Source of the DNA: Blasia pusilla
Lineage: Eukaryota
Reading direction: 5' to 3'
DNA: 64,000 nucleotides
NCBI GenBank assembly: GCA_050084515.1
Contig: CM114271.1
Coordinates: forward strand, 11,594,001-11,658,000
The translations under genes were made by a program, and so were the position numbers. A model generated the notes under the pieces. That model was given only the letters and a program-made list of their open reading frames with translations, searched no databases and was not told the origin of the DNA. Numbering within the stretch: position 1 is the stretch's first letter; every line of letters starts with the position of its first letter. Positions 52,414 through 64,000 of this stretch are shown in pieces.

Positions 52414-53620
52414 TCACACTACCACTATTACTGGCCTTAATCCCGAATTTACATCATCTACACCTAATACTTTCGCATTTGCTCTGATATATGCAATAAG
52501 ATACTCTAAGCTTTTGCAATTAGAGGGATTTGGAGCTAATGCCTTATTTTGAATCCTTTCCAAATAGGTAAATCTCACATTCACTTGGGCATTCCCTACA
52601 GCGAGGTTGTATGTCACATAGTTCAAATTCGTCACAATCATTCTTAGGGCATAGATTTCAGTGGCCTTTCTAAAAGGAAGATTCTTAGGGCCTACTCTTA
52701 ACTCCAATGTTATATGCCCAACATGATTTTTTGTTCATGCTGCCACCATCTATGAGGTGACTCTAAGATTTCATCAGTCCATATGGCATTTCCCAATCTC
52801 CAACGCCGATGTATGGGTTAGAGTTGGATCCCAAATGGATGAAAATGTTCCTAGCATGGAGGCCCGCATGAAAAAACCCACGCTTGTTGACACTCTCCAT
52901 GGTACCAAGAAGGGAAACCACAAGTTGGACGACATTTGATGCTATTGCGAGACATCTCATCTTTTCCAACTCTCCTAGACTAGCCCCGTCGTTCTTCAAG
53001 GCATGGCATGCTCGCAGCCATTTTTCAAGGTGCTCACCATTCCAATATGGATAGATGGCACGAGGTGGATCCTCGATCAACCTTCCCACCATGCAAACAA
53101 CACCGCGATGTAAAATACTCACAAACAACTCATCGCGCATCATTGATTTTCTAGAACATGATAGAGATGATTCCTTATACACCTTCATGCAATAGTACAT
53201 ATCTTCATTAAAGCCATGGAAACCCTTTATTTTACAACGGTACCCAATTTCGGGTAAACTGGTTGCCACAATATCGCTTGGATCATCTCCTACTACTACT
53301 TTATTGTCAGAAATCAATGTTATTGCATATGGAATTGTCAATGTCACCCCCACAATAGTACTACGTCCCTTGAAAAGACGTTGAGCACTTCTTAACTCTT
53401 CACCGAATCTTTATAGGAGAGCCCACTTAGCAAAATTCAGCTTCTCATCCTTATATATCTTGAGATCGACATATGCTCTCTCAAGGTTAACACCTTGTTG
53501 GGCATAAAATTTAGTCCTATCAGCCTCCGCGACATCCACTTCCCAGTTAAATGTCTTTGCCACTCTCTTGGACAATCTTAGCAATTCCAAGGTCTACTCA
53601 TGGAAACCATCCATACCCCT
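52414..53620 (-). pseudogene. Degenerate protein kinase-like gene, probably TE-borne
   Basis: GFFHAGLHARNIFIH (HxDLHxxN with D lost), IGVGDWE (DFG position), ELR..ATEIYAL; frameshift near 52750. Confidence 0.6.
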
Positions 53621-53895
53621 CGAGATGTAGGATCGTCATTCTCTAATAAAATTTATAAAAACCAGTCTAACCATGCTTTTCTTATGATCATGTTGAAATC
53701 ATTCCGAATTTACTCTTTGCCTCTTGGCACTAACATTGGACTCATTTCGGTTCTCTTCCACTCTCGATGACCTAGCCCTACTAGACATTCTCCTCGGATG
53801 AAGAAGATAATAAAATATTTTTTAAATACAAGGGAAAGAAATGTACGGGTTGAGATAAGAAAATACCGAACAGATAATAACGCAAGATGCTAAAA

Positions 53896-55174
53896 TGTGA
53901 TACCCATAATTTTGTACTTTTGAAGAAATACCTCTTTTTATTCAACGAATACTTGTATATACACTATGATTTTGATTATTATATATTATTATGGAGAAGA
54001 ATGAGTAAGATTAAAATGAATCACGAAGCCCCAAGGACAAGGCAGAGAGATAGAAAATCAAGGATTTTCTTGAGAGGAGAGGAGAATACAATAACGAAGT
54101 CTAAAGACCCATCAAAAAGCTTCGAAAGGACAACGAAGCTCTGTTAAGAACTTGTCTATGAAGTGCTTCGCTCCTGAACGAAGCATGAAGAAGAAGAAGA
54201 AGAAGAGAAAGAAGTACTTCGCTCTTGAATGAAGCTCAAAGAACGAAGCACCTGGAACAAGAACAAAGAATGAAGCGCTTCGTCTTTATATCAGGAGAAA
54301 GAGCTTCGTCCTCAAGCAAAGCTTGAGGACTTAACAGCGAAGCAAAGCTAAGATTGACAGTGATTTCAAGCAACACATAGTTAGAACAGTTAGAATAGGA
54401 AAAGGCACAACTCTTTGTATCCGATAAGTAGTTAAGACAGTTTTGTTTTGCGGATTCATAGGGATCTTAGGAAAAGAGAAGAGCACCATAGCTCTAGGTA
54501 GTTACAAATGTTGAAGAGACATCAACTACATCAAGAACGCTTCGAATCTTTGGATCACTCCTACTTCAGAGAGTTTTTAAGAAACATGCAAGTAGCTATC
54601 ATCATCATTCTCTTACGAAGTCCTTATGTTATAGGAATGGTCTGAGCAAGGGAATAGTACCCTCTCGAGCTTGTATACACTTTTGAATCTTTCTCATTCT
54701 TGATGGAGTAGTAAAGCACTCATTCATTCATTCTGATGTGCGATGTTTATGTCTGAGTATTCTTTTTGGGTCTGCAAAGTGAAGAGTGAATCACGCGAAC
54801 CTTTCTCATCAATGGAATAATCAACATAGAGTTGTAGGAAATCTGTTTGATAGAGAGTAGCCTGCCGAGACGGATTGAGCTCCGAAAGTAGGAGAAGCTA
54901 GCTTTCATGTTGAGGTCTCTGTGAGCTTTCTTGATATCGAGAGGCAATCTACCTGAGCGTGTTGTCAACTCCACTAGAGAGAATAGAGAAAAAAAAACCT
55001 TGGTACTAAGAAAGATCCTAAGATATTGATAAGACATTGAATTTAAATCATACACACTTAAATACAACTATTACAACATAATTGTAATTTTGAACTCTCT
55101 TTTCATCAAACAATGATCCTCTTGGGGATCGAACTCAGTAAACGACTATAAAATTGAAACTCTTATACATTACA
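53896..55174 (-). mobile_element. Solo LTR (1279 bp)
   Basis: Ends TGTAATG…TATCACA on the minus strand; perfect TSD TAAAA (53891-53895 / 55175-55179). Confidence 0.92.
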
Positions 55175-57479
55175 TAAAACAATGGCTCAGAATGTACGAG
55201 AGCGTGAATGATGGAACAACGGTCTCGGATTAGGGTTGGGCACTCAAAAGGAATAGGTAGATATGGGCGTGTTTAGATAAGTTTCCTTGGTCGCCTCCAC
55301 ATCTCCGACGTGATAAGGAGAACCAATGAAACAAATCTAAAAACTCGAGTCTATGAATCAAAAATCTCAAAATCACCAAAAAAGTTTAGTGACAACAAGA
55401 GATTTCTACACTCACAAACACTCACCTAATGTTGAGTCAATTGGAGTTTCTTTAGGATGCAACAAGGAGTGCAAATATCCAAGTTGGTCCCAATAAAATC
55501 CAAGTACCCCCAAAAGGCACTTAAAGGATTTCCCCAAAATTCCTAGTAACCTTGAAAGCCCTTAGTTCTCAAGGCACCAATGAAATTTGGAGCCTAATCC
55601 AAAATGTCACCAAAAGATGGCTAAAAAATGAGAAAATAGAGATAAATAGGTTAATTAACCCTATATCCCCCCTTCTTTTATTCATTTTGGGGGCCCCTTG
55701 TGGGCCCTTCCCTTATGGGTTTTACCCATAAGGGAAGGGCCCACAAGGGGGACTCGTAGGCCCGCACTCAGGCTCATGGGCTTGTGGGGGGGCTGGCGGG
55801 CCCACGTCGCAAGCCCTAGAGCCCGCATGTGGGCTAGGGCCCGACGTGGGCCCGACTTAAGAATGGGTGCCGAGCGTGATGCACATTGGTTGAGCAAGGG
55901 TGGAATGCTCGAGGTGCGTGGGCTCGGGTGTGGTCCAAGGCACACGGGCCCATGGAGCCCGCATAGGACGGACATAAGTTTGCGGATACAGACATGTCTG
56001 CAGACACGAACTTTGTCCGCGTGCAACCTTGGTCTCAAGGGAACAAGATGGAATAAGAGTTTGGTGTTGGAACTCGAAACCCAAACCTGATCCAAGGGAG
56101 TGGATTTCGTAAGCCACACTTGGATTCCAACTCGCGATTCATTTTTGTGACTTGCAGTTAGGAACTCATTAGATGTCTATTGGGAAATTGGAACCACCAG
56201 GCATGCAAATGTTGTTTGAGGTTCTTGAAGCGACCAAAAAGTCTGTCCCAAGTCTTCAAAGACTTTCCTATGTTGTAAACTGCAAGAGGAAGGTTGAGCT
56301 TGATGAGAGGCTGAGTTGAGAACTCGAAAAGTTAGAATGTTGATTGACCCAGACTCGACTAACGTGAGTGCCTGTTTGGGTGCAGATCAAGATTGAGAGC
56401 GTGTTCTACTAAACGCACACTTCCGCAACATTAATGATTTATGTTCAAGGAGAGTAGGCGCACACGTCGTGTCAGCATGGGCACATACGTATGGTGCTAT
56501 AGGGCTAGCAAGAAGTTAAGGAGGGCCAGGTCGGGCTCAGAGTAGGAACATTGGAAGTGCGCGAGCAGCTGCAAGAGTTTCAAGGGGTAAGGAAGTGAGG
56601 ACCGGACTGAGTCATTATGACTCATGGCCATAGGTGTTGGAGTGGAAAAGGAGAAGCCATTATTATAGCTCCAAGGAAATAGGGCATTGGGAGAGGAAGC
56701 AACCATATGGGACTACGGGCCGAAAAGAGGCAATTAAGAGTGTCAAGGGAGCAGGGTTCTTGGGGGACGCGGGCCTAAGGGTCGCGTAGTACAGGAGGAG
56801 TTTTGCGGAGGAAGGGAGAGGATGAGAGAGCCATTATGGCTCCAAAGACAGGGGAAGGTGCATAGGGCACCGTGCTATGTGATCGACTCGCTATGCGAGG
56901 AGATGGTTGTGCTACCAAAGTTGTCGTATCACATGGAGGAGTGAGTGATGACGGTGTATTGATTGGCGGGCATGTTCAGGTTACCCATTTGAGTCCCTTT
57001 TCCTACACTTATCTCGTGTCATTGAGGGTGATGGGTATCGGGAAGTAGCTAGTGCTAGATAGGTGTAGCGATGGTGACGAGTGTAGACTCCTTGCATGTG
57101 TAGCATGTTTGTGGAGATAGGGCAGTTGTCTGAGTAGGGTATGACCCGAGAGAGAGTGTTAGTAGTTTAGGTGAGTTAGTTCGAGAGGCGCATGGTAAGG
57201 TCGGGTGTGTCATCACGGGATTGGCATTAGCATAGGTAAGCTAGTGAAGAGTGTGGGAGACTCTCGGTGAGTCTGAGTGCTTGAGCGGGTGAGACAAGAT
57301 TGTCATCATGGCATTCTTCAAGGGTTCAAAAGAATGGGGTAGTACAAGGTAGTACGTGAGGTATTGAGGGGTTTCTAGTGAGGAACCACCCTGACTTCCA
57401 TCTGTGGTTGGATCGTCATCACTAGACAGCGGGTCAGGTGACGAGATCGCAGACGGAGATAATGTCACGAGGGGAGAGA

Positions 57480-60400
57480 TGGACGACATGGGCCACCAAG
57501 GCATGCGTCATTTCTTGGATGCAATAGGCACCATAGACCTTGATGATTTCATCCAAGAGTTTGACACATGTAATGTATAAGAGTTTCTATTTTACAGTCA
57601 TTTAATAAGTTCAATCCCCAAGAGGATCATTGTTTGATGAAAAGACAGTTCGAAATTACAATTCTGTTGTAATAGTTGTATTTAAATGTGTATGAGTTAT
57701 ATTCAATGTCTTATCAATATCTTCGGATCTTTCTTAGTACCAAGGGATCTTTTCTCAATTCTCTCTAGTGGAATTAACAACATGCTCAGGTAGATTTCCT
57801 CTCGATATCAAGAAACCTCATAGAGATCTCAACAAGAAAGCTGGCTTCTCCTACTTTCGAAACTCAATCCGTCTCGGCAGGCTACTCTCTATAAAACAGA
57901 TTTCCTACAATCTTTATGTTGATTATTCCATTGATGAGAAAGGTTCGCCTAATTCACTCTTCACTCTGCAGACCCAAAAAGAATACTCAGACATAAGCAT
58001 CGCACATCAGAATGAATGAATGATTGCTTTGCTACTCCATCAAGAATGAGAAAGCTTCAAAGTGTATACAAGCTCGAGAGGGTACTACTCCCTTGCTCGG
58101 ACCATTCCTATAGCATGAGGACTTTGTAAGAGAATGATGATTATGGCTTGTGTTTTGCTTCTTAAATATTCGTTGGAGTAGGAGTGATCCAAAGATTCGA
58201 AGCGTTCTTGATGAAGGTGGTGTCTCTTCAGCATTTGTAACTACCTAGATCTATGGTTATCTTAGCTTTTCCTACGATCCCTGTGAATCCGCACAACAAA
58301 ACTGTCCTAACTATCTATCTGATACAAAGGGTCACGCCCTTTCCTAGTCTAACTGTTCTAACGGTGTGTCGCTTGAAATCACTGTCATTCTTAGCTTCGC
58401 TTCGCTGGACTTCTTGAGGACAAAGCGCTCCATTCTTCGTTCTTCTTTAAGGTGCCTTGTGCTTCGCGCTTCGTACAAGAGAGAATTACTTCTTTCTCTT
58501 CTTCTTCCTGCTTCGTTATGCTTCGTTATAGAGCAAATCACTTCGTAGACAGAGCTTCGTTGAGCTTCGTTATCATTCCGAAGCTTCTTGTTGGGTCTTG
58601 AAACTTCGTTATTTTATTCTCCTCTCCTCTTAGGAAAATCCTTGATTTTCTATCTCTCTGCCTTGTCCTTGGAGCTTCTTGATTCACTTTAATCTTACTC
58701 ATTCCTCCTCATAATAATAAATAATAATCAAAATCATAATGTACAAGAGTCTTCGTTGAATAAAAATATATATTTCTTCAAAAGTACAAACTTATGGGTA
58801 TCACAATACATGGTGCGACTTCCAAGAGATCCGAGCCCCTACGCAGGTTAACCCTTTCATGGCGTGGAAGGGTCTATTCAAGCATTTAAAGGGTCCTCTG
58901 ATGGATGACTACATGGAGTTTCGATCTGTATACTCAATAGAGATCGATGCCTGGAGGGTGTATTGGGCTCTAAGGTATGTGTCCACTAGTGGTCGTGAGG
59001 TGTATGATGGGATGGTAAGGGCGGAGAGGCCTACACCATCAACCAGGGGACTAGATGGAAAGGACATCAGTGAGAGTGGTTAGGTGGCAGAGACCTGTCG
59101 TGATAGAGGACCACCGAGTTTCAGTCCTTTAGTGGAGTTCTTCCAAAATTTGGGGAGGAGCTTCCAGGGCGTACGGACCAATCAACAAGCTGAAGAGTCT
59201 ACGGGATTTTTAACGGAGATCGGGTGAGAGTCTAAGGGAGGCGTTCACGCGCATGCAATGGCTGATCATTGCCACATATGGGATAGTTGAGGCGCAATCA
59301 ATACAACATTGGTACAGAGTGCTGGACCAAGAGCTATGGAGGAGAGTTCAGGATGCAATGTTGCTTCACATGGAGAAGCCCACGTTGAAGGTGGTCTTCG
59401 AGTTGTCTAAGCAGATGGAGCTAAACATGAATGAAGAGTAGGTGGTGACCATGGGATATTCAAAGGATTTGACAGGTTTTTGAGTAGGAGTAGCCCCACA
59501 TGTGCCCGAGCATGCACCAATACCACAGGAGCCAGCCGATGGACCTAGAGAGCAGGGCGAGTATCGTGAGCCAATGAGGCAACAACCAGTACCCACATAT
59601 GTTACTTAGCAAGGACCAAGGTTGACTTGTTGGACTTATGGTGGGCCACATAGGCACAGGGACTTCCCACAATATGGTAGAGGGCTGAGGGTGGCTCCGA
59701 TTGTTGAGGAGCCACCTTGGATGGCCCCACCACAGTTGCAATGTGATCATTGCCATCGATATAATCACACTAGGGATAGGTGTTTTGATCTTTGCTGGGA
59801 GGTACGGTTAGAGGTTGGCAGAGGAGGCGGGGGCAAGAGAGTTGGTGGAGATCGAGTAGTGGATGATCGTGGTGGTAGAGTTCCATCACGAGTCACAAGA
59901 GATGGAGGACGTGCACCAGATGCAGCGCTCCTTACTCACATCGATCAGTTAGAGCAGAGGATTGTTGCCATGACAATGATGCATCTAAGAACAGGCACGA
60001 AGTTGAGAGTAGCTAGTGTGGCTCCAACCTCCACATCTTACCACAATATTGGCAAGGATTCTCCTGGTATGGGATTTATGTGTAGTGCAGCTCAGGTTGA
60101 GGCTACTGCGAGAGCAATCGAGCCATCGAGAGGAGGGGTTGAGATTGACCTATAGAAGAGGACTGATGGGCGGAAGGCCAGGGTTCCACAATCATGTACG
60201 TTATTAGGTGCACTTCATACACCGTCGATGGTGCCTTGACAACCAATAGTGCCCAAAAGTGAGGCAAGTGGGTTGACGTCACGAGGAGTTGGAGAGACAA
60301 CTCCTATGCCAGCTCAGGTGGAGCCAACGTCGACTATGTTGTTGAAGGTGGCCACTAGAGTGAGTTGGGCTCCATTGTTTTCCGCCATGGAGTTGGCGAC

Positions 60401-61710
60401 TTTGGGAGCTAGACAAGGGGAGGTGTTCCGGCTGGATGCTATGTTGTGTGAGCATAGAGAGGTGATTGCCTCTTGTTTAGAGATAGTTGAGGAGGTGGTG
60501 GACTTGCCTTCGGAAGAGGTGTTGGGGACGTCCCCCACTGAATCATGGCATGCTGCGGCGGCAAAGTTGGTAAATATGCCAGCTAGGCCAGCGATAGAGT
60601 GAGCCATGATCACACCAGGTGTGGTGTTGTTGGATAATTGAGTTGGGGTGTTTCACTTGGCTAGTCCCATAGGTACAATGTATCACCCTGTTTTGGGAGC
60701 GCAACCCTTGATGTTAGGGAAAGAGGCATGTTTGGCGTTAGGATTACGGAAAGGTGACATTAAGCCTTGTCCCTTTCAGATACATACCTCAATTGGGGGC
60801 GTATCACCCACGCAATACATGACTCGACAGGAGTTGGTGGTTAGACTTTAGCCAAAGCATGTGTCAGATAGTGCGATGGTGCGCACTCAGGAAATTACAA
60901 TACCGACAGAGTTGTATGATGTGCTGGTAGGGAGTACGATGTTGTATCCCCTTGGGTTCATTGTGGATTTTTGGGAGGAGATGGTGTCTTATCGACTAGG
61001 ATGACGATCAAGTGATGGATGGGTGAGCCATCTATCAGTGATGTTTGCATGGGGTAGTGGTGGTCGACCACGTGAGGATACGGTGACCACGTTGGCAGCA
61101 TTCACACGTGGTGTTAGCTGATCATGAGGGTTTGGGGAGAGGAGCACACATGCAGAGGGCATTCCCATAGCGAATAGTCCCACGGAGAGACAAGCCAAGA
61201 TGGGTGTCTCTACCATGGTGCAAAGCTTCTTTATCCTTGTTGAGTTGCGTGGAGTGCACACGAGCTCGTGAGGCAGGCGTGGAGTTGTGCCTATATCTTG
61301 GAGCAAACAAGTCAGATGACGGTCGTAGTCTTGGAGTAGAGACTTGATATCTCCGAGTTCCGCATATGTTATGTGGCAGCGTTTGGAGCATGGTACGAGA
61401 GTGTTATATCTTTTAAGAGGGATCAACACGGCGAGCTATTGCAATGTTACAGTATTGTGGGAATGACGGCACCGATGGTACTAGATATGTGTAGGATAGT
61501 AGATCATGTCGGGTACATATATGTGTGCTATGTGGAGTTAGGGGGATCCAACTCCTAATTAGAGGGGCGGTTGTGGTGTCTCGATGTATATGCATGAGTT
61601 TGTTTCGTTTATGGATGGATCGACCCATGTGTTTGGAAGATCGGTGTTGTGTGGTGTGTATATATGACGAGAAATATGGATTATGTAGTGATGTGTATGC
61701 TCACGACAGT
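57480..61710 (+). mobile_element. Degenerate relative of the 23675 gypsy element (gag + protease, internally deleted)
   Basis: GTIDLDDFIQEFD|TWCD, AWKGLFKHLKGP, CDHCHRYNHTRDRC, GAQPLMLGK, YDVLVG; PPT at 61561, then an A-type repeat ending CACGACA at 61708. Confidence 0.8.
57569..58805 (+). mobile_element. Solo LTR (1237 bp) inserted in gag
   Basis: TGTAATG…TATCACA; TSD ACACA/ATACA; removal restores TTT GAC ACA TGG TGC GAC (FDTWCD). Confidence 0.92.
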
Positions 61711-61947
61711 TGTCACATCTTAATAGCCAATAGGTAGAGATCTATCACGGCAACGACATAGAGAGCGAGAAAATTGCCTAAATTGTAACTTCATCCCAAG
61801 ATGTTGGATGAGGTTGGTGACAAGTCTGTTGTGTCAAGAGCGTCATTTATGGCGATTTCCCTAATTTGTTCTTGGTCCGTCAGGTGACCTGTTGATAGAG
61901 TGAACGATCACCGGATAATGTGTGCACACAAGTTACCGTTAGGAGGG

Positions 61948-64000
61948 TGTCATGCGCATACATATCGCTACACGACATACATCGTTGTCATCGAACACAC
62001 ACACAAACACGTACGATCCCATGCTAACTCATGGCATCCAAACAATGAGACAAGAAGTACCAAAATATCTCCAATAAAATAAGGTCCAATCTCTCTCTCA
62101 ACACCATAGTTCTCACATGTCTCTCTCAATGTCAAACCCAAACCACTCTCCTAATGAGAGGCTTGGGTTACACACACAAGGCAAGCAAGACCATAGCTCC
62201 GCCGCCTCATGCCAAGAAGTTCAACAAAGAGAGAATGAGCTCTCAAACTCTCTCTCCTTGAGGTATACCCCTCTCCTCTCATCTCCCAAGCTCTCTCCAT
62301 GAAAACATATGCTCCCAAGTCACCTCCTTGGCTCTTGACCTGATGTAGGAGGTCAAGGGCCACTTACCAAAAATAGAAATTCGATCATATACTCAAAACA
62401 ATACTTGCCTAAAATAGTAAGTTCCTCAATATGGCTCCAAATGAGCTGAAACGAAGGGAAAACCTGCTCTCTCAAGTTTCCCGAGGCCTCAGTAGGTCAT
62501 CCTCAACCTCTTGAGTCCGTCCTCCACTACTCACAAAGGCGCTCTACTAGATTTCACTGATCTATTCTAAAAGACGTGATAGTTATCATGCGCATATACA
62601 TCGCTACACAACATACATAGCTGTCACCGAACACGCACACAAATACGCACGATCCCATGCTAACTCATGGCATCCAAAAAATGAGACAAGAAGTACCAAA
62701 ATATCTCCAATCGCCCCACTAGCTGGTGATTAGGTCCTTCTAACTCCAGATAACCATCTATCCCTACCTACCATGGCATACATCTCTCAGACGCTAAGAG
62801 CAAGAAGGTCGGGTGCTCATGTGGCCCCATCGTTAGTCGCATTCTCGTAATCCATAACAAGTCAAAAGTCAAAATGTAGAACTACCTACTCTATGTACAT
62901 GTGGGACACATCCATCATTCTTGAGGAACCCTAGTGAGAGGTGGCGTAAAGCATGCCATATGCCATCCTCTCGAACATCCATCACAGACTAGCACGGTGG
63001 TTGCACCACGGGAATAACCACATAACATACATCGCAAGCATGTAGGAACTACTGCTTAGCTCGGATCAATTGTATCATCAATGTTTGGAAGGTGACACGG
63101 CGCATAATTACGCACATGGTCCTTCCAAACCATACAATCATGTCCCTCCAATAAGAGAATATCTGATGGAAAAACCTCACGCATTCTAAAAATGGTGCGC
63201 CCTGTAGTCATATCCAACGTTATGGGTGTCGTCTGTTGCAAGTAGACATAGTCTCCCTGATGAAACCTCCGGATAGTAGGTCCATAACCTCCCTCCCAAA
63301 TAGTCACATACCTCAATGTATCCCGGTGTTGCGCAATCGCCAAGTTCTCAAACGCCATGGGCATCACTCTCCAAAACAATTCAGCCCTCTGAGAATATGC
63401 TCGCATCCAAACATCAGGATCACCAAGGTTCAACACCTCACCAACATCTCGACAAATGGCCATAGGTAAATCAGGCTCTCGGCCATACAAAAGCAAGTAG
63501 GGTGAGAAAGACGCTAGGATGCCTGCCTGTTGAATCTGTATGCCATCACCAACCACGGCAACTGGAGGTCCCAATCTCCTATGTGACCTCTCTGCAAGCC
63601 ATACTTGCGTAGTCCTCTCTTCACCCTATGCACAACCCGCTCCGCTAGTCCATCCGCCTCAACATGATCTCGCAAAGTAGTGCGATGGTTGATCAGTGCC
63701 TGATCACATAAGGCTTGAAACTCCGGCGGAACTCTGTACCCTGGTCTATCAACACCTCAGCTGATGCGCCATAATGACTCAACACTCAATCTAGGAAGGC
63801 ATACGCTACTCCTAGATTTATGCACCACGTGGAAGTCATACTCCCTCTACCTTCGTCTACTGCAAACCAAGGCCCCCTGGGTATATTGTATGACCTAGGT
63901 ACTCAATCTGGTTGTAGAAGAACTTGCCCTTGCTTGGATGTAGCTTCAGCCCATGTAACTACAATCGTCAAAATATCTCCTCTAGATGTCGCTCATGCTC
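61948..64000 (-). mobile_element. 3' part of a third family member: RT fragment, integrase, PHD, PPT and A-B-A repeats
   Basis: AFENLAIAQHRDTLRY (ORF 63056-63574); PHD CMLC..CDGC..WHMAC..CPTC (62891-63033); PPT ~62712-62722; 128-bp repeats 62584-62711 and 61948-62075. Confidence 0.88.

Overview
Repeat-rich eukaryotic nuclear DNA with GT-AG introns, most consistent with a non-seed land plant (bryophyte-like; inferred). Only one intact-looking host gene is present: a 2-exon J-domain gene at 48428-49276. The rest is nested transposons: Ty3/gypsy and Ty1/copia remnants, a LINE fragment, solo LTRs and two CACTA (En/Spm) remnants. Two systems stand out. (1) A ~12.7 kb Mutator-like unit (~10100-22765). 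It pairs a minus-strand GCM/WRKY-like Zn finger + MULE DDE + SWIM transposase gene with a divergent plus-strand gene whose frameshifted pieces read as a ParB/Srx-like domain (DGNH[R]) fused to a beta-class N4C/N6A DNA methyltransferase. Its introns and intergenic DNA hold dozens of copies of one palindrome, GCAACCCGTCGG-N3-CCGACGGGTTGC. (2) A 9.7 kb Ty3/gypsy element (23675-33353, 4-bp TSD ACAA) encoding gag, protease, a C5 cytosine methyltransferase, RT, RNase H, integrase and a PHD finger. It has split direct repeats (B...A-B-A) instead of two normal LTRs. One relative at 61.9-62.7 kb repeats the A-B-A end, and another at 61.6-61.7 kb keeps the same A|B junction. Many TE ORFs are broken by 1-3 nt deletions, some of which may be consensus errors. 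Domain calls are from motif reading by eye, not from database searches.
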